NCBI GenBank assembly: GCA_949451605.1
Contig: CASTSB010000002.1
Location: 116,771 to 180,770, forward strand
Length of the DNA stretch: 64,000 bases
Source of the DNA: an uncultured Bacilli bacterium
Lineage (GTDB): Bacteria > Bacillota_I > Bacilli_A > RF39 > UBA660
Direction: 5' to 3'
Both the position numbers and the translations under genes were made by a program. The notes beneath the pieces are model-generated. The model did no database searches. It saw only the letters and a program-made list of their open reading frames with translations, and was not told where the DNA came from. Positions 9,491 through 21,355 of the stretch are shown in pieces (the stretch's first letter is position 1; every line of letters starts with the position of its first letter).

Positions 9491-10768
9491 ATGGAACGTA
9501 AAATAGCAGAGTTTCTTAACAAATGGAAAAAAGATCAGACAGGGAAACCCTTAATAGTATATGGAAGTAAACAAGTAGGTAAAACTTATAGTGTCTTATC
9601 ATTTGGAAAAGAGGCTTACAAAAATGTAGTCTATTTTAATACTGAAAATAATACTAATATTATAGAGTTATTTAAAAAAGAAAAATCAATTGAAAAAATA
9701 ATTATGAATCTTTCTCTATATTCAGGTGAGACTATACTAAAAGAAGATACTTTAATAATTTTAGATAATTTAACAAATAATGACATTGTAAAAGGTATAA
9801 AATTATTTGGAAGTGATCATAGTAACTATAATATTATAGGAATTACTTCCAGAAGAGATAAGCTATCAGAATTTAAGGGCGAAGAATTACAATTCAAAAG
9901 TATGAGTGAAATGGATTTTGAAGAATATTTATGGGCTCACAATGAAAAAAATCTTTCAAATCTTATAAGAGAAAGTTTTCAAAAAAGAAAAACTAATCCG
10001 TTCCATAAAGTAGCACTAGATTTGTTTCAAGAGTACATGATTACTGGAGGTTTTCCAGAGTCAGTAAAAGCTAAAATCGATGGTAAAAGCATTTTTGAGT
10101 TAGATGCAATAAAACAAAAAATACTAGATGTCTATAAAAAAGAAGTTGTTTTATGTGAAAACTTAATTGATATTCCAAGAGGGATTGACGTTATTAATTC
10201 CCTTCCCGAACAATTAAAAAAAGAAAATAAAAAATTTCAATATGGAATAATTGGTAGTGGTAAAAGAGCTAAAGAATATGAAAGCGCTATTAACTTTTTA
10301 GTAAATAATCAATTAGTATATAGAAGTTATAAAATAAAAACTGTTAAATCTCCATTAAGCAGTTGTAAAGAAAAAGAAAGCTTTAAACTTTATGTTCCAG
10401 ATGATGGATTATTGTTTTCTATGTTGCATATAAATTATAAAGAATTAATTACTAATGAAGATATTAAACAAACACTTTATGAAAATCATATAGCCAAAAC
10501 CTTAGTAGAAGCAGGTTACCCTATTTATTACTACCAGTCAGATGGAAAAGCAGAAGTTAATTTTGTAATTCAAAATAGAATGGGAAAAATTATTCCTATT
10601 GAAATAGTTACTAAATCTGCATCAAAAGCAAAATCACTTTCTGTATTTATGAAAAAGTTTACAGTAGAGGAAGCTTATAGAATAACAGAAAATAATTTTT
10701 CAACAAAAAAAGAAATAAGATATATACCAATTTATGCATTATTTTGTTTAAATACTACAAAAATTTAA
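9491..10768 (+). CDS. AAA-family ATPase with C-terminal DUF4143-like region
   Basis: Walker A GSKQVGKTY near the N-terminus. Start ATG 9491 follows RBS gaggaggga. Confidence 0.6.
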   Translation: MERKIAEFLNKWKKDQTGKPLIVYGSKQVGKTYSVLSFGKEAYKNVVYFNTENNTNIIELFKKEKSIEKIIMNLSLYSGETILKEDTLIILDNLTNNDIVKGIKLFGSDHSNYNIIGITSRRDKLSEFKGEELQFKSMSEMDFEEYLWAHNEKNLSNLIRESFQKRKTNPFHKVALDLFQEYMITGGFPESVKAKIDGKSIFELDAIKQKILDVYKKEVVLCENLIDIPRGIDVINSLPEQLKKENKKFQYGIIGSGKRAKEYESAINFLVNNQLVYRSYKIKTVKSPLSSCKEKESFKLYVPDDGLLFSMLHINYKELITNEDIKQTLYENHIAKTLVEAGYPIYYYQSDGKAEVNFVIQNRMGKIIPIEIVTKSASKAKSLSVFMKKFTVEEAYRITENNFSTKKEIRYIPIYALFCLNTTKI

Positions 10769-10781
10769 GGAGAAATACATT

Positions 10782-12284
10782 ATGAAAAAACCGATTTTAT
10801 TAACAATTTTAGATGGATATGGATTAAGAGAAGAAACACATGGTAATGCTGTTAAACTTGCAGATAACAAAGTTTTTGAAGACCTTTGGGAAAGATATCC
10901 ACATACTAAGTTAGAAGCTTCTGGCCAGCTTGTTGGTCTACCAAAAGGACAGATGGGAAATAGTGAAGTTGGACATATGAATATAGGAGCAGGAAGAGTA
11001 GTTTATCAACCTTTAGAACTTATAAATAAATCAATTGAAGAAAATACATTTTATGAAAACGAAGAGTTAAACGCAGTATTAAATCATGTAAAAACTAATT
11101 CATCTTCTCTTCATGTAATGGGTCTTTTAAGTGATGGAGGAGTTCATTCTCATATCAATCATCTTTTCGCTATTATAGATTTATGTAAAAAAAGAAATAT
11201 TGAAAAAGTTTACTACCATGTCTTTATGGATGGAAGAGACACTTTACCAGACTTACAAGAAAAATATTTAAATGAATTACAAGAAAAAATTAATACTTCT
11301 AAGATTGGTATTATTGCCACTGTATCTGGTAGATATTATGCAATGGATAGAGACAATAACTGGGATAGAATAAAACTTGCATACGATGCTATTGCAGATG
11401 CCAAGGGTCCTAAATACAGTAATTACAAAGAATTAGTTCAATATAATAAAGAAAACAAAATAACAGATGAGTTTATCGTTCCAAGTGTATTAACAACAGA
11501 AGGAACTGTACATGATAATGATGGAATAATTGTATTTAATTATAGACCTGATAGAATAAGAGAATTATTTTATGCTATTTCTAATCAAAAATTTGATGCT
11601 TTTGAGTGCAAAAAGTTTAATAATCTTAAATTAGTTACAATGATGAAGGTAAGCGATGATGTTATAACAACTAATGCTTTTAAAATAGAAAAAATAGAAA
11701 ATTCTTTAGGGGAATATATTTCTAAACTAGGTAAAGATCAATTAAGAATCGCCGAGACAGAAAAATATGCCCATGTAACTTATTTCTTTGATGGTGGAAT
11801 CGAAAAAGATTTAAATGGTTGCAAAAGAATATTAATAAATTCTCCAAAAGTAGCAACATATGATTTAAAACCAAATATGAGTGCTATTGAAGTAACAGAT
11901 GCCTTATTAAAAGAAATAGAAAATTTTGATCTAGTAATATTAAATTTTGCTAATGGAGATATGGTAGGTCATACTGGAGTTTTAGAAGCTGCTATTAATG
12001 CCGTAGAAACCGTAGATAAATGTCTAGGAAAAATATACGAAAAAATAAAAGAGTTAGATGGAATAATGATTGTAACTGCAGATCATGGAAATTGTGAAGA
12101 AATGTTAGATGAGAATAATAATATTTTGACAGCCCACACTACCAATCCAGTTCCTTTAATTATTACAAAAGAAAATTTAAAATTACACGAAGGAAAACTA
12201 GGCGATATAGCTCCAACTATTTTAGAACTAATGAACATCGAAAAACCTATAGAAATGACAGGCGAATCATTGATAGAAAAATAA
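10782..12284 (+). CDS. gpmI: 2,3-bisphosphoglycerate-independent phosphoglycerate mutase
   Basis: 500 aa. The N-terminus LTILDGYGLRE and the metalloenzyme C-terminal domain (TADHGNCE) match this family. Confidence 0.93.
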   Translation: MKKPILLTILDGYGLREETHGNAVKLADNKVFEDLWERYPHTKLEASGQLVGLPKGQMGNSEVGHMNIGAGRVVYQPLELINKSIEENTFYENEELNAVLNHVKTNSSSLHVMGLLSDGGVHSHINHLFAIIDLCKKRNIEKVYYHVFMDGRDTLPDLQEKYLNELQEKINTSKIGIIATVSGRYYAMDRDNNWDRIKLAYDAIADAKGPKYSNYKELVQYNKENKITDEFIVPSVLTTEGTVHDNDGIIVFNYRPDRIRELFYAISNQKFDAFECKKFNNLKLVTMMKVSDDVITTNAFKIEKIENSLGEYISKLGKDQLRIAETEKYAHVTYFFDGGIEKDLNGCKRILINSPKVATYDLKPNMSAIEVTDALLKEIENFDLVILNFANGDMVGHTGVLEAAINAVETVDKCLGKIYEKIKELDGIMIVTADHGNCEEMLDENNNILTAHTTNPVPLIITKENLKLHEGKLGDIAPTILELMNIEKPIEMTGESLIEK

Positions 12285-12332
12285 AGGATAGAAATAAAAT
12301 TTCTATCTTTTTAACAAACAATGGAGGAGTAA

Positions 12333-13544
12333 ATGGAAAGAATAATATTTCATGTAGATGTTAATAATGCTTTTCTTTCTTGGACTGCGGTATATTTGCT
12401 AAACAATGGTTATCAAGAAGATATAAGGCAGATACCATCAATTATAGGTGGAGATGAAAAAGAAAGAAAAGGAATAGTTCTTGCCAAATCTCCAGTTGCA
12501 AAGAAAATGGGAGTAGTTACAGCAGAGCCTATTTTTCAGGCTAAAAAGAAGTGTCCAAACTTAAAAATCTTTAAGCCTAACATGGAATGGTACAAAGAAA
12601 AATCTACTGAGTTTAAAAAATATTTACAAACTTATTCTCCAATAGTAGAACAATTTTCTATAGATGAGTGTTTTATAGATATGACAGGCACTCATTATTT
12701 ATATAAAGATTACATCGAAGTTGCTAATAAAATTAAAAATGAAATAAAAAATAATTTTGGATATACCGTAAATATTGGAATAGCTAACAACAAATTATGT
12801 GCCAAAATGGCTTCAGATTTTGAAAAGCCTAACAAAGTACATACTCTTTTTAAAGACGAAATAGTCTCAAAACTTTGGCCAATGGATGTTAAAGATTTAT
12901 TTATGGTTGGTAAAAAAACATCACAAGAGCTACATAAAATGAATATTAATACTATTGAGGAATTAGCTCATGCTAATCCAAAAAAACTATCTGCGGTTTT
13001 TAAAAGTCAAGCTAATTATTTAAAAGATGCAGCATGGGGAATAGATGATAGTGAAGTATCAGAAGAAAAAAGACATAAAAGCAATAGTATAAGTACAACT
13101 GATACACTTCCACATGATACAGAAGACATAGAAAAACTAAAAGAACGTTTATTATTTCAAACAGAAAGAGTTTGCAGAGAACTAAGAGAAAAAAATAAAT
13201 ACGCAACAACGGTTGCTGTTATTTTTAAAAATAATAATTTCACTAGTTATTCGGCTCAAGCCAAATTATCAAATCCAACTAGTGATAGCAAACTAATTTA
13301 TAAAAAAGTATTAACTATTTTTGAAAACAATTATAAAAAGGATCCAATACGTTTGATTGGAGTAAGACTTGCTGATTTAGTTGAGATAAAAAATGAGCAA
13401 ATTTCTTTATTTGATAGTAATGAAGATAATTATGATGAATCTTCTATACAAAAGACTATTGATCAGATAAATAAAAAATTTGGAAATGATTTAATAATAT
13501 CTGCTTCATTAAAAGCAATTGAAAGACACGAAACATTAAAATAA
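12333..13544 (+). CDS. dinB: DNA polymerase IV (Y-family)
   Basis: MERIIFHVDVNNAFLSW, IDECFIDMTG and the little-finger region match Y-family polymerases. Confidence 0.85.
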   Translation: MERIIFHVDVNNAFLSWTAVYLLNNGYQEDIRQIPSIIGGDEKERKGIVLAKSPVAKKMGVVTAEPIFQAKKKCPNLKIFKPNMEWYKEKSTEFKKYLQTYSPIVEQFSIDECFIDMTGTHYLYKDYIEVANKIKNEIKNNFGYTVNIGIANNKLCAKMASDFEKPNKVHTLFKDEIVSKLWPMDVKDLFMVGKKTSQELHKMNINTIEELAHANPKKLSAVFKSQANYLKDAAWGIDDSEVSEEKRHKSNSISTTDTLPHDTEDIEKLKERLLFQTERVCRELREKNKYATTVAVIFKNNNFTSYSAQAKLSNPTSDSKLIYKKVLTIFENNYKKDPIRLIGVRLADLVEIKNEQISLFDSNEDNYDESSIQKTIDQINKKFGNDLIISASLKAIERHETLK

Positions 13545-13611
13545 AGTTTAATGTTTTTTTTAATGAATTTAAAAAAACTTTGAAAAATAAAGAAAAAAAG
13601 CAAAAAAAGCC

Positions 13612-13640
13612 TTGCAAAATCATACTTTGACTGTTATAAT
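13612..13640 (+). promoter_or_regulatory. sigmaA-type promoter of the S10 operon, followed by a ~120-nt 5' leader
   Basis: TTGCAA (13612-13617), 17-nt spacer, TATAAT (13635-13640). The leader 13641-13763 is GC-richer and looks structured. Confidence 0.55.
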
Positions 13641-13763
13641 TATCTTCGTGTGACTGCTTAGATGTACGAGGTTGTCGATACACCAGGTTAAGTTGTTAAT
13701 TGGTTATTGGGGTATTCGTACGGAGCAAGTCTATACTAGATATAGGCGAAGGGAGGATTTTAA

Positions 13764-14075
13764 ATGTCAACAGAAAAAATTCGCATAAGAATCAAAGGAT
13801 ATGATCACAGAATCCTAGATAATGCAGCAAAGAAAATTGTTGAAACAATTAAAAGATCAGGTGGAGAAATTTCAGGTCCAGTACCACTACCAACTGAAAT
13901 TGAAAAATTCACAATTTTAAGAGCTGTTCATAAATATAAAGATTCACGTGAACAATTCGAAATGCGTACACACAAAAGACTTATTGATATCAAGAATCCT
14001 AGCAAGGAAACTATTGATGCGTTAGCTCATTTAGATTTACCAAGCGGTGTAGATATTGAAATCAAAACTAAATAA
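13764..14075 (+). CDS. rpsJ: 30S ribosomal protein S10
   Basis: [19 protein letters not shown]... matches S10. Confidence 0.95.
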   Translation: MSTEKIRIRIKGYDHRILDNAAKKIVETIKRSGGEISGPVPLPTEIEKFTILRAVHKYKDSREQFEMRTHKRLIDIKNPSKETIDALAHLDLPSGVDIEIKTK

Positions 14076-14092
14076 TTTAGGAGGAAAACAAA

Positions 14093-14812
14093 ATGAAAGG
14101 AATCTTAGGTAAGAAAATCGGAATGACTCAAGTATTTACTAAAGAAGGTAAATTAATTCCGGTTACTGTTGTTGAGGTAGAACCAAATGTTGTAACTCAA
14201 ATTAAAACAGTTGAAAAAGATGGATATGAAGCTGTACAACTTGCAACTGAATCTATCAGAGAAAGTTTAAGCAACAAACCATCAATGGGTCATACAAACA
14301 AAGCAAATACAACACCTAAGCGCTTCTTAAGAGAAATTCGAGGAGTTAATGTTAATGAATACACTTTAGGTCAAACTATTGGTGTTGACATTTTCAGCGA
14401 AGGAGAAATGGTTGACGTAACAGGAACTAGTAAAGGTAAAGGGTTCCAAGGTGTTATTAAACGTCATAACCAATCAGTAGGTCCAATGGGACACGGATCT
14501 CAATACCATAGAGGTGTTGGATCATTAGGTACACTTTTACCAATGCACGTATTAAAAGGTAAAAAGATGCCAGGACAAATGGGTAATGTTCAAAGAACTG
14601 TTCAAAATTTAGAGATTGTTTCAGTTGATACTGAAAACAATGTAATCTTAGTTAAAGGTAATGTACCAGGTCCAAAGAAATCATTAGTTATGATTCGTAC
14701 TGCAGTTAAAAAACCTAATGTAAAAAAAGATGCTGTTGAGTTAGTTTCATATAACGAACCATCAGTAGAAGAAGTTACATCAGCTGAAGAAACTGAAGTA
14801 AATGCTGAATAA
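14093..14812 (+). CDS. rplC: 50S ribosomal protein L3 (with acidic C-terminal extension)
   Basis: [15 protein letters not shown]... matches L3. At 239 aa it is longer than the usual ~209 aa. Confidence 0.95.
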   Translation: MKGILGKKIGMTQVFTKEGKLIPVTVVEVEPNVVTQIKTVEKDGYEAVQLATESIRESLSNKPSMGHTNKANTTPKRFLREIRGVNVNEYTLGQTIGVDIFSEGEMVDVTGTSKGKGFQGVIKRHNQSVGPMGHGSQYHRGVGSLGTLLPMHVLKGKKMPGQMGNVQRTVQNLEIVSVDTENNVILVKGNVPGPKKSLVMIRTAVKKPNVKKDAVELVSYNEPSVEEVTSAEETEVNAE

Positions 14813-14876
14813 TAATCGTCACTATATATTATATGAAAGAAAATATTAATTAAAGTGATGAAAGGAGGAATCGTAG

Positions 14877-15503
14877 ATGAAAAAAGTAGAACTTTTAAAT
14901 CTTAAAGGTGAAAAAGTAAAGGACATTAATATAAATGAAGAAATATTTGGAATTACCCCAAACAATAATGTTTTAAATGATGCAATTATTTTATCAATGG
15001 CTTCATTAAGACAAGGAACACATAAAACTAAGAACCGTTCAGAAGTTTCTGGTGGAGGAAGAAAACCATGGAGACAAAAAGGAACAGGACGTGCTCGTCA
15101 AGGATCTATTAGAGCTGTACAATGGGTTGGTGGAGGAAATTATGGAACTCCAGTGCCAAGAGATTACAGCAAAAAACAAAACCGCAAGGAAAGAAGAATA
15201 GCTTTAAAATCTGCATTAAGTGAAAAGGTTGCAGAAAAAGCATTAATCGTTTTAGAAACTTTATCTTTAGAAAGTCCTAAAACAAAAGATATGATGAATC
15301 TTCTTGAAACATTAAAAGTAGCTGATAAAAAAGTTTTACTAGTTGTTGATAATTTTGATGATAATACAATCTTAGCATCAAGAAATATTCAAAACTTAGT
15401 ATTAATCTCAGCTGAAGAAATTAATGTTTTAGATATCGTTTCTACAGATGTTATCGTAATTACAGAAGAAGCATTAAAACAAGTTGAGGAGGTGCTTAAA
15501 TAA
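14877..15503 (+). CDS. rplD: 50S ribosomal protein L4
   Basis: The r-protein operon order and the [16 protein letters not shown] motif support L4. Confidence 0.95.
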   Translation: MKKVELLNLKGEKVKDININEEIFGITPNNNVLNDAIILSMASLRQGTHKTKNRSEVSGGGRKPWRQKGTGRARQGSIRAVQWVGGGNYGTPVPRDYSKKQNRKERRIALKSALSEKVAEKALIVLETLSLESPKTKDMMNLLETLKVADKKVLLVVDNFDDNTILASRNIQNLVLISAEEINVLDIVSTDVIVITEEALKQVEEVLK

Positions 15504-15787
15504 TGAAAGATACTAAATATTTAGAAATAATCAAAGCACCAGTTATTACTGAAAAATCACAAATAGCACAAAGCGAAGGAAAATATACTTTTAAAGTTGA
15601 TCCAAAAGCTAACAAGATTGAAATAAAAGAAGCAATCGAAAAAATATTCAATGTTAAAGTTAAATCAATTAAAACAATGAATGTAAAAGTAAAGAAAAGA
15701 AGAGTTGGTCGTTATACAGGATTAACTAATCGTTCAAAAAAAGCAATTGTTACTCTAGAAGTTGGACAAACAATTGATCTTGGTTAG
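15503..15787 (+). CDS. rplW: 50S ribosomal protein L23
   Basis: Position in the operon and the sequence support L23. Confidence 0.93.
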   Translation: MKDTKYLEIIKAPVITEKSQIAQSEGKYTFKVDPKANKIEIKEAIEKIFNVKVKSIKTMNVKVKKRRVGRYTGLTNRSKKAIVTLEVGQTIDLG

Positions 15788-15804
15788 AAGGAGGAAAATA
15801 AATT

Positions 15805-16635
15805 ATGGCAATCAGAAATTATAAACCTACTACACCAGGTCGTAGAAAAATGAGTGCATTAATTAATGATGAAATAACTAAGAGCACTCCTGAGAAATCT
15901 CTTGTTGTTACTATGAAGAAAAATGGTGGACGTAATAATCAAGGTAAGATAACTGTTCGTCATCAAGGTGGAGGAGCAAAGAGAAAATATCGTATCATTG
16001 ATTTCAAAAGAAATAAATTAAACGTACCTGGATCAGTAGCAAGTATTGAATATGATCCAAATAGAACTGCAAATATAGCTTTAGTTAGTTATGCAGATGG
16101 AGAAAAAAGATATATCATTGCACCAAAAGGTTTAGTTGTTGGACAAACAATTGAAGCTGGTGAAAATGCTGATATCAAAGTAGGTAATGCTTTACCTATA
16201 ATGAATATCCCAGTTGGTACTATGATTCATAATATCGAACTTCGTCCAGGAAAAGGTGGAGAATTAGCAAGAAGTGCTGGTTCATCTGCTCAAATCCTTG
16301 GTCGTGAAGATAACTATGTTATGATTCGTTTATCAAGTGGTGAACAAAGAAAAGTTTTAGGAACTTGTATGGCAACTGTTGGAGAAGTTGGAAATGAAGA
16401 CGCTTCATTAGTTAAAGTTGGAAAAGCAGGACGTAAACGTCACATGGGTGTTAGACCTACTGTTCGTGGTTCTGTTATGAACCCTAATGATCACCCACAT
16501 GGTGGTGGTGAAGGACGTGCTCCAGTAGGACGTAAAGCACCAATGACTCCTTGGGGTAAACCAGCATTAGGATTAAAGACACGTAAGAAAAAACAATCTG
16601 ACAAGTTCATCGTACGTCGTCGTAATAGTAAATAG
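15805..16635 (+). CDS. rplB: 50S ribosomal protein L2
   Basis: [14 protein letters not shown]...HGGGEGR matches L2. Confidence 0.95.
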   Translation: MAIRNYKPTTPGRRKMSALINDEITKSTPEKSLVVTMKKNGGRNNQGKITVRHQGGGAKRKYRIIDFKRNKLNVPGSVASIEYDPNRTANIALVSYADGEKRYIIAPKGLVVGQTIEAGENADIKVGNALPIMNIPVGTMIHNIELRPGKGGELARSAGSSAQILGREDNYVMIRLSSGEQRKVLGTCMATVGEVGNEDASLVKVGKAGRKRHMGVRPTVRGSVMNPNDHPHGGGEGRAPVGRKAPMTPWGKPALGLKTRKKKQSDKFIVRRRNSK

Positions 16636-16652
16636 GAAAGGATGATTAATAA

Positions 16653-16919
16653 ATGGCAAGAAGTTTAAAAAAAGGACCTTATGTTTTCGATAGATTACTA
16701 AAAAAGGTTCAAGAATTAAATAAATCAGGTAAAAAAGAAGTCATTAAAACTTGGTCACGCCGTTCCACTATTTTTCCAGATTTTATAGGACACACTTTCG
16801 CTGTTCATAATGGAAAAGAATTTATTCCAGTTTATGTTACTGAAGATATGGTTGGACATAAATTAGGTGAATTTGCATTAACACGTAAATTTGGTGGACA
16901 TGGTTCAGACAAAAAATAA
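16653..16919 (+). CDS. rpsS: 30S ribosomal protein S19
   Basis: [11 protein letters not shown]... matches S19. Confidence 0.95.
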   Translation: MARSLKKGPYVFDRLLKKVQELNKSGKKEVIKTWSRRSTIFPDFIGHTFAVHNGKEFIPVYVTEDMVGHKLGEFALTRKFGGHGSDKK

Positions 16920-16942
16920 AAAAATGACTAGGAGGGTATTAA

Positions 16943-17278
16943 ATGGAAGCAAAAGCAATTGCTAAAGGTCTTCGTATTTCACCTATTAGAACTCGTATAA
17001 CAATAGATCTAATTCGTGGAAAAAACGTTACAGAAGCATTAACAATTTTAAATAATGTTAATAGCAAATCTGCAAGACTAATTAAAAAAGTATTAGATTC
17101 TGCTATTGCTAACGCTGTTAATAATAATGGCGCAGATGCTGCAACTTTATTTGTTAAAGAAGCAAGAGTAGATGCAGGTCCAGTTATGAAACGTCATTTC
17201 TTTGATTCACGTTCTCATATCGGACACAGAGATCATAGAACTAGTCACATTAATATAGTAGTGGCTACAAGAAACTAA
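16943..17278 (+). CDS. rplV: 50S ribosomal protein L22
   Basis: Position in the operon and the sequence support L22. Confidence 0.93.
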   Translation: MEAKAIAKGLRISPIRTRITIDLIRGKNVTEALTILNNVNSKSARLIKKVLDSAIANAVNNNGADAATLFVKEARVDAGPVMKRHFFDSRSHIGHRDHRTSHINIVVATRN

Positions 17279-17293
17279 TAAGGAGGTTACAAA

Positions 17294-17944
17294 ATGGGAC
17301 AAAAGGTAAATCCTAATGGGCTTAGAATTGGTATCAACAAAGACTGGCAAGCAAAATGGTATGCAAACAATAAAGATTTTTCTAAAACATTAGAAAAAGA
17401 TGTTAAAATTCGTGAGTTTATCGATAAAAAATTAAAAAATGCTAGTGTTGCAAAAGTTGAAATCGAAAGAAGTACAAAAAGATGTGAAGTTGTTATTTAC
17501 TCAGCTAAGCCAGGTGTTATCATTGGACATGGTGGAGAAGGTATAGAAGAAATTAAAAAACAACTTTCAAAAATCGCTGATGAAGATATTCAAATAACAA
17601 TCAGTGACATTAAAAAAGCAGATTTAGATGCTCAATTAGTTGCAGAATCAATTGCAAATCAAATCACTAATAGAGCTTCATTCCGTATGGCTCAAAAACG
17701 TGCAATCAGAAATGCAATGAAAGCAGGAGCTAAAGGAATTAAAACATCAGTATCTGGAAGACTAGGTGGAGCTGATATGGCTCGTAGCGAAGGATACACA
17801 GAAGGAACTATTCCTCTACATACATTAAGAGCAGATGTTGATTATGGTTTCGCTGAAGCTGATACAACATTTGGAAAAATAGGAGTAAAGGTATGGATCT
17901 ATAAAGGAGAAATCCTTAATAAAAAGGCTAAGGGAGGTAATTAA
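17294..17944 (+). CDS. rpsC: 30S ribosomal protein S3
   Basis: [13 protein letters not shown]... matches S3. Confidence 0.95.
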   Translation: MGQKVNPNGLRIGINKDWQAKWYANNKDFSKTLEKDVKIREFIDKKLKNASVAKVEIERSTKRCEVVIYSAKPGVIIGHGGEGIEEIKKQLSKIADEDIQITISDIKKADLDAQLVAESIANQITNRASFRMAQKRAIRNAMKAGAKGIKTSVSGRLGGADMARSEGYTEGTIPLHTLRADVDYGFAEADTTFGKIGVKVWIYKGEILNKKAKGGN

Positions 17945-17945
17945 T

Positions 17946-18377
17946 ATGTTAATACCGTCAAGAACAAAATATCGTCGTGTTCATAGATTACCTTACGAAG
18001 GAAAATCACGTGGAAACACTGAGTTATCATATGGTGAATACGGCCTTATGGCAAAAGAAGGAGCTTGGATTACAGCTAATCAAATCGAAGCAGCTCGTGT
18101 TGCCATGACTCGTTATATGAAACGTGGTGGAAAAGTATGGATTAATATCTTTCCACATATGCCATTAACTAAAAAACCTATCGGTACAAGACAAGGAAAA
18201 GGTAAAGGTAATGTTGAAGGATGGGTAGCAGTTGTTAAAGAAGGAAAAATAATGTTTGAAATCGCTGGTGTAGATGAAGCTACAGCACGTGAAGCATTAA
18301 GACTTGCTTCTCATAAACTACCAATTACTACTAAATTTGTAAAAAAAGAAAATGGTGGTGAAATAAATGAAGGTTAA
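17946..18377 (+). CDS. rplP: 50S ribosomal protein L16
   Basis: [11 protein letters not shown]... matches L16. Confidence 0.95.
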   Translation: MLIPSRTKYRRVHRLPYEGKSRGNTELSYGEYGLMAKEGAWITANQIEAARVAMTRYMKRGGKVWINIFPHMPLTKKPIGTRQGKGKGNVEGWVAVVKEGKIMFEIAGVDEATAREALRLASHKLPITTKFVKKENGGEINEG

Positions 18378-18561
18378 AGAAATAAGAGAATTATCAACAG
18401 AAGAAATCAACAAAAAACTATTTGAAGCTAAACAAGAATTATTTAACTTACGTTTCCAACAAGCAACAGGAAATTTAGAAAAACCTTCTAGAATTAGAGA
18501 TTTAAGACACACCGTTGCAAGATATAAAACCGTTCTAAGAGAACGTGAGATTAGCGAATAG
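18367..18561 (+). CDS. rpmC: 50S ribosomal protein L29
   Basis: 64 aa at the position expected in the operon. Confidence 0.9.
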   Translation: MKVKEIRELSTEEINKKLFEAKQELFNLRFQQATGNLEKPSRIRDLRHTVARYKTVLREREISE

Positions 18562-18572
18562 GAGGGTATACA

Positions 18573-18833
18573 GTGGAAAAGAAAATTAGAAGAGAATTAG
18601 TTGGAAAAGTTGTAAATGCCACTAATAATAAAACAATAAGTGTTTTAGTAGAAACTTATAAAATCCATCCGTTATATCACAAAAGAGTTAAAAGCTCTAA
18701 GAAATATTGTGTACATGATGAAAAGAATATTGCAAAAGTTGGAGATGTTGTTCGTATAGTTGAAACTAGACCATTATCAAAGACTAAACATTTCTACTTA
18801 AAAGAAGTAGTAAAAGAAGCAGTTATTATTTAA
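18573..18833 (+). CDS. rpsQ: 30S ribosomal protein S17 (GTG start)
   Basis: RBS ggaggg followed by GTG. The sequence is S17-like. Confidence 0.9.
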   Translation: MEKKIRRELVGKVVNATNNKTISVLVETYKIHPLYHKRVKSSKKYCVHDEKNIAKVGDVVRIVETRPLSKTKHFYLKEVVKEAVII

Positions 18834-18861
18834 CGCTTAGATGAAAGAGGAGGTATAATCT

Positions 18862-19230
18862 ATGTTACAACAAGAAAGTCGTTTAAAAGTTGCTGACAAC
18901 TCTGGAGCACGTGAATTATTAGTTATTCGTGTTTTAGGAGGAAGTAAGGTTAAGACTGGTAACATTGGTGATGTAGTAGTTGGAACAGTTAAAAGTGCAA
19001 TTCCTAATTCACCAGTAGCTAAAGGTAAAGTTGTAAAAGCAGTTATCGTTCGTAGTCGTCAAGGCGTTCGTCGTGAAGATGGATCATACATTAAGTTCGA
19101 TGACAATGCTTGCGTTATCATTCGTGATGACAAGAGTCCAGTAGGAACTCGTATCTTTGGACCAGTAGCAAGAGAACTTCGTGATAAAGATTACATGAAA
19201 ATTGTTTCTTTAGCAAAAGAAGTACTATAA
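18862..19230 (+). CDS. rplN: 50S ribosomal protein L14
   Basis: [16 protein letters not shown]... matches L14. Confidence 0.95.
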   Translation: MLQQESRLKVADNSGARELLVIRVLGGSKVKTGNIGDVVVGTVKSAIPNSPVAKGKVVKAVIVRSRQGVRREDGSYIKFDDNACVIIRDDKSPVGTRIFGPVARELRDKDYMKIVSLAKEVL

Positions 19231-19243
19231 GAGGAGGATAAAT

Positions 19244-19555
19244 ATGAACTTTAAAGTTGGAGATGAAGTTGTAGTTATCACTGGTTCTGATAAAGGTAAA
19301 AAAGGAAAAATAATTAAAACATTAAAAGATGAAAACAAAGTTGTAGTTGAAGGTGTACATGTTGTTAAAAAACACGAAAGAGCAACTGCTCAATCAACTG
19401 GCGGAATTATCGAGGTTGAAGCACCAATTTCTGCATCAAATGTTATGATCATTGATCCTAAAACTAAGAAAAGAACTAGAATAGGACATACAACAGATAA
19501 TAAAACAAATAAAAAAATAAGAATCGCAAAAAAATCAAACGAGAAGCTTGATTAA
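19244..19555 (+). CDS. rplX: 50S ribosomal protein L24
   Basis: [18 protein letters not shown] matches the L24 KOW motif. Confidence 0.93.
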   Translation: MNFKVGDEVVVITGSDKGKKGKIIKTLKDENKVVVEGVHVVKKHERATAQSTGGIIEVEAPISASNVMIIDPKTKKRTRIGHTTDNKTNKKIRIAKKSNEKLD

Positions 19556-19572
19556 TTGGAAGGAGGGTAACT

Positions 19573-20112
19573 ATGAACCGCCTAAAAGAGAAATACTTAA
19601 ATGAAGTTGTTCCAAGTTTACAAAGTAAATACAATTATAAGTCAGTTATGGAAGTTCCAAAATTAGAAAAAATCGTAATTAATATCGGTGTTGGTGATGC
19701 AACTAGCAACTCAAAATTAATTGATGCTGCTGTAGCAGATTTAGCTAAAATTTCAGGACAAAAACCTGTAGTAACAAAAGCTAAAAAATCAATCGCTGGA
19801 TTTAAAGTAAGAGAAGGTCAAGCAATTGGATGTAAAGTTACATTAAGAGGAGAAAATATGTATAACTTTATGGATAAGTTAATATCTATTTCCCTACCTC
19901 GTGTAAGAGATTTCCGTGGAGTTAGTCCAAAAGCCTTTGATGGTAGAGGAAATTATACAATGGGACTTAAAGAACAATTAATCTTTTCTGAAATTGATTA
20001 TGATGATGTTGTAAAAGTACGTGGTATGGATATTGTATTCGTAACAACAGCAAAAACTAATGAGGAATCATTTGACTTATTAAATGGACTTGGAATTCCT
20101 TTTAGAAAGTAA
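19573..20112 (+). CDS. rplE: 50S ribosomal protein L5
   Basis: [14 protein letters not shown]... matches L5. Confidence 0.95.
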   Translation: MNRLKEKYLNEVVPSLQSKYNYKSVMEVPKLEKIVINIGVGDATSNSKLIDAAVADLAKISGQKPVVTKAKKSIAGFKVREGQAIGCKVTLRGENMYNFMDKLISISLPRVRDFRGVSPKAFDGRGNYTMGLKEQLIFSEIDYDDVVKVRGMDIVFVTTAKTNEESFDLLNGLGIPFRK

Positions 20113-20126
20113 ATGGGAGGAATATT

Positions 20127-20312
20127 ATGGCAAAGAAAAGTATGATAATAAAGGCTAATAGACCACAAAAATTTAAAGTACGTGAATATACTAGATGTTC
20201 TCGTTGCGGTCGTCCACACGCAGTTATGAGTAAATTCGGAATATGCCGTATTTGCTTCCGTGAATTAGCTTATAAAGGACAAATACCAGGAATTAAAAAA
20301 TCAAGTTGGTAA
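20127..20312 (+). CDS. rpsN: 30S ribosomal protein S14 type Z (zinc-binding)
   Basis: 61 aa with the Cys cluster CSRCGRPH...CRIC. Confidence 0.93.
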   Translation: MAKKSMIIKANRPQKFKVREYTRCSRCGRPHAVMSKFGICRICFRELAYKGQIPGIKKSSW

Positions 20313-20332
20313 TTGGAAAGGAGGAGTTTATT

Positions 20333-20734
20333 ATGGCAGTAGTAACAGATACAATTGCAGATATGTTAACAAGAATTCGTAATGCTAATCAAATGCGTTA
20401 TGAAGAAGTTACAATTCCTGCTTCAAATATAAAAAAGGATATCGCAAGAATTCTTAAAGAAGAAGGATTTATTAAAGATTATAAAGTTGTTAGTGATAAC
20501 GCTCAAGGTGAAATAGTTTTAACTTTAAAATACACTAATAAAAAAGAAAGAGTTATCACTGGATTAAAGAGAATTTCCAAACCAGGACTTAGAGTTTATG
20601 CTAAGAGTGAAGAAATTCCACAAGTTTTAAATGGTTTAGGAATTGCAATAATTTCTACATCAAACGGAATTATGACTGACAAAGAAGCTCGTAAACAAAA
20701 TATAGGTGGAGAAGTTCTAGCTTATATTTGGTAA
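20333..20734 (+). CDS. rpsH: 30S ribosomal protein S8
   Basis: [18 protein letters not shown]... matches S8. ATG 20333 follows RBS aaaggagg. Confidence 0.93.
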   Translation: MAVVTDTIADMLTRIRNANQMRYEEVTIPASNIKKDIARILKEEGFIKDYKVVSDNAQGEIVLTLKYTNKKERVITGLKRISKPGLRVYAKSEEIPQVLNGLGIAIISTSNGIMTDKEARKQNIGGEVLAYIW

Positions 20735-20803
20735 TATAGACAAAGACAGTTTGAAACCCATGAAAACATGGTAAATTTAAAATGAGATATAGGAGGTGTC
20801 AAT

Positions 20804-21334
20804 ATGAGCCGTATAGGAAATCGTATCATAACAGTTCCAACAGGAGTTACTGTTGAGAATACTGATAACGTTGTTACTGTAAAAGGACCTAAAGGAACTC
20901 TTACTCAACCAATGTTAAAAGATATAACAATGAAACAAGAAGATAATAAGATTACTTTAGAACGTAAAAATGAATCTGCAAAAGCTATGCATGGTACTAT
21001 GAATGCCTTAATCAATAATATGATTAAAGGTGTAACTGAAGGTTACGAAAAAGGATTAGAAATCATCGGTGTTGGATATCGTTTCAATGTTCAAGGAAGT
21101 AAATTAACAATCAACGCAGGATATTCACATCCAGTAATTATCGAAGTACCTGCAGGTTTAACAGTTGAATCAGTAAGTAATACTGAAATCACAGTTAAAG
21201 GAATTGATAAAGTATTAGTTGGTGAATTTGCTGCTAATATTAGAAAAGTAAGACAACCTGAACCATATAAAGGAAAAGGTATTCGTTACAAAGATGAACA
21301 TATTCGTCGTAAAGAAGGAAAGAAAGCTGCTTAA
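20804..21334 (+). CDS. rplF: 50S ribosomal protein L6
   Basis: MSRIGNRIITVPTGV... matches L6. Confidence 0.95.
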   Translation: MSRIGNRIITVPTGVTVENTDNVVTVKGPKGTLTQPMLKDITMKQEDNKITLERKNESAKAMHGTMNALINNMIKGVTEGYEKGLEIIGVGYRFNVQGSKLTINAGYSHPVIIEVPAGLTVESVSNTEITVKGIDKVLVGEFAANIRKVRQPEPYKGKGIRYKDEHIRRKEGKKAA

Positions 21335-21355
21335 TAAGTAGGAAGGAGAAAGAAA

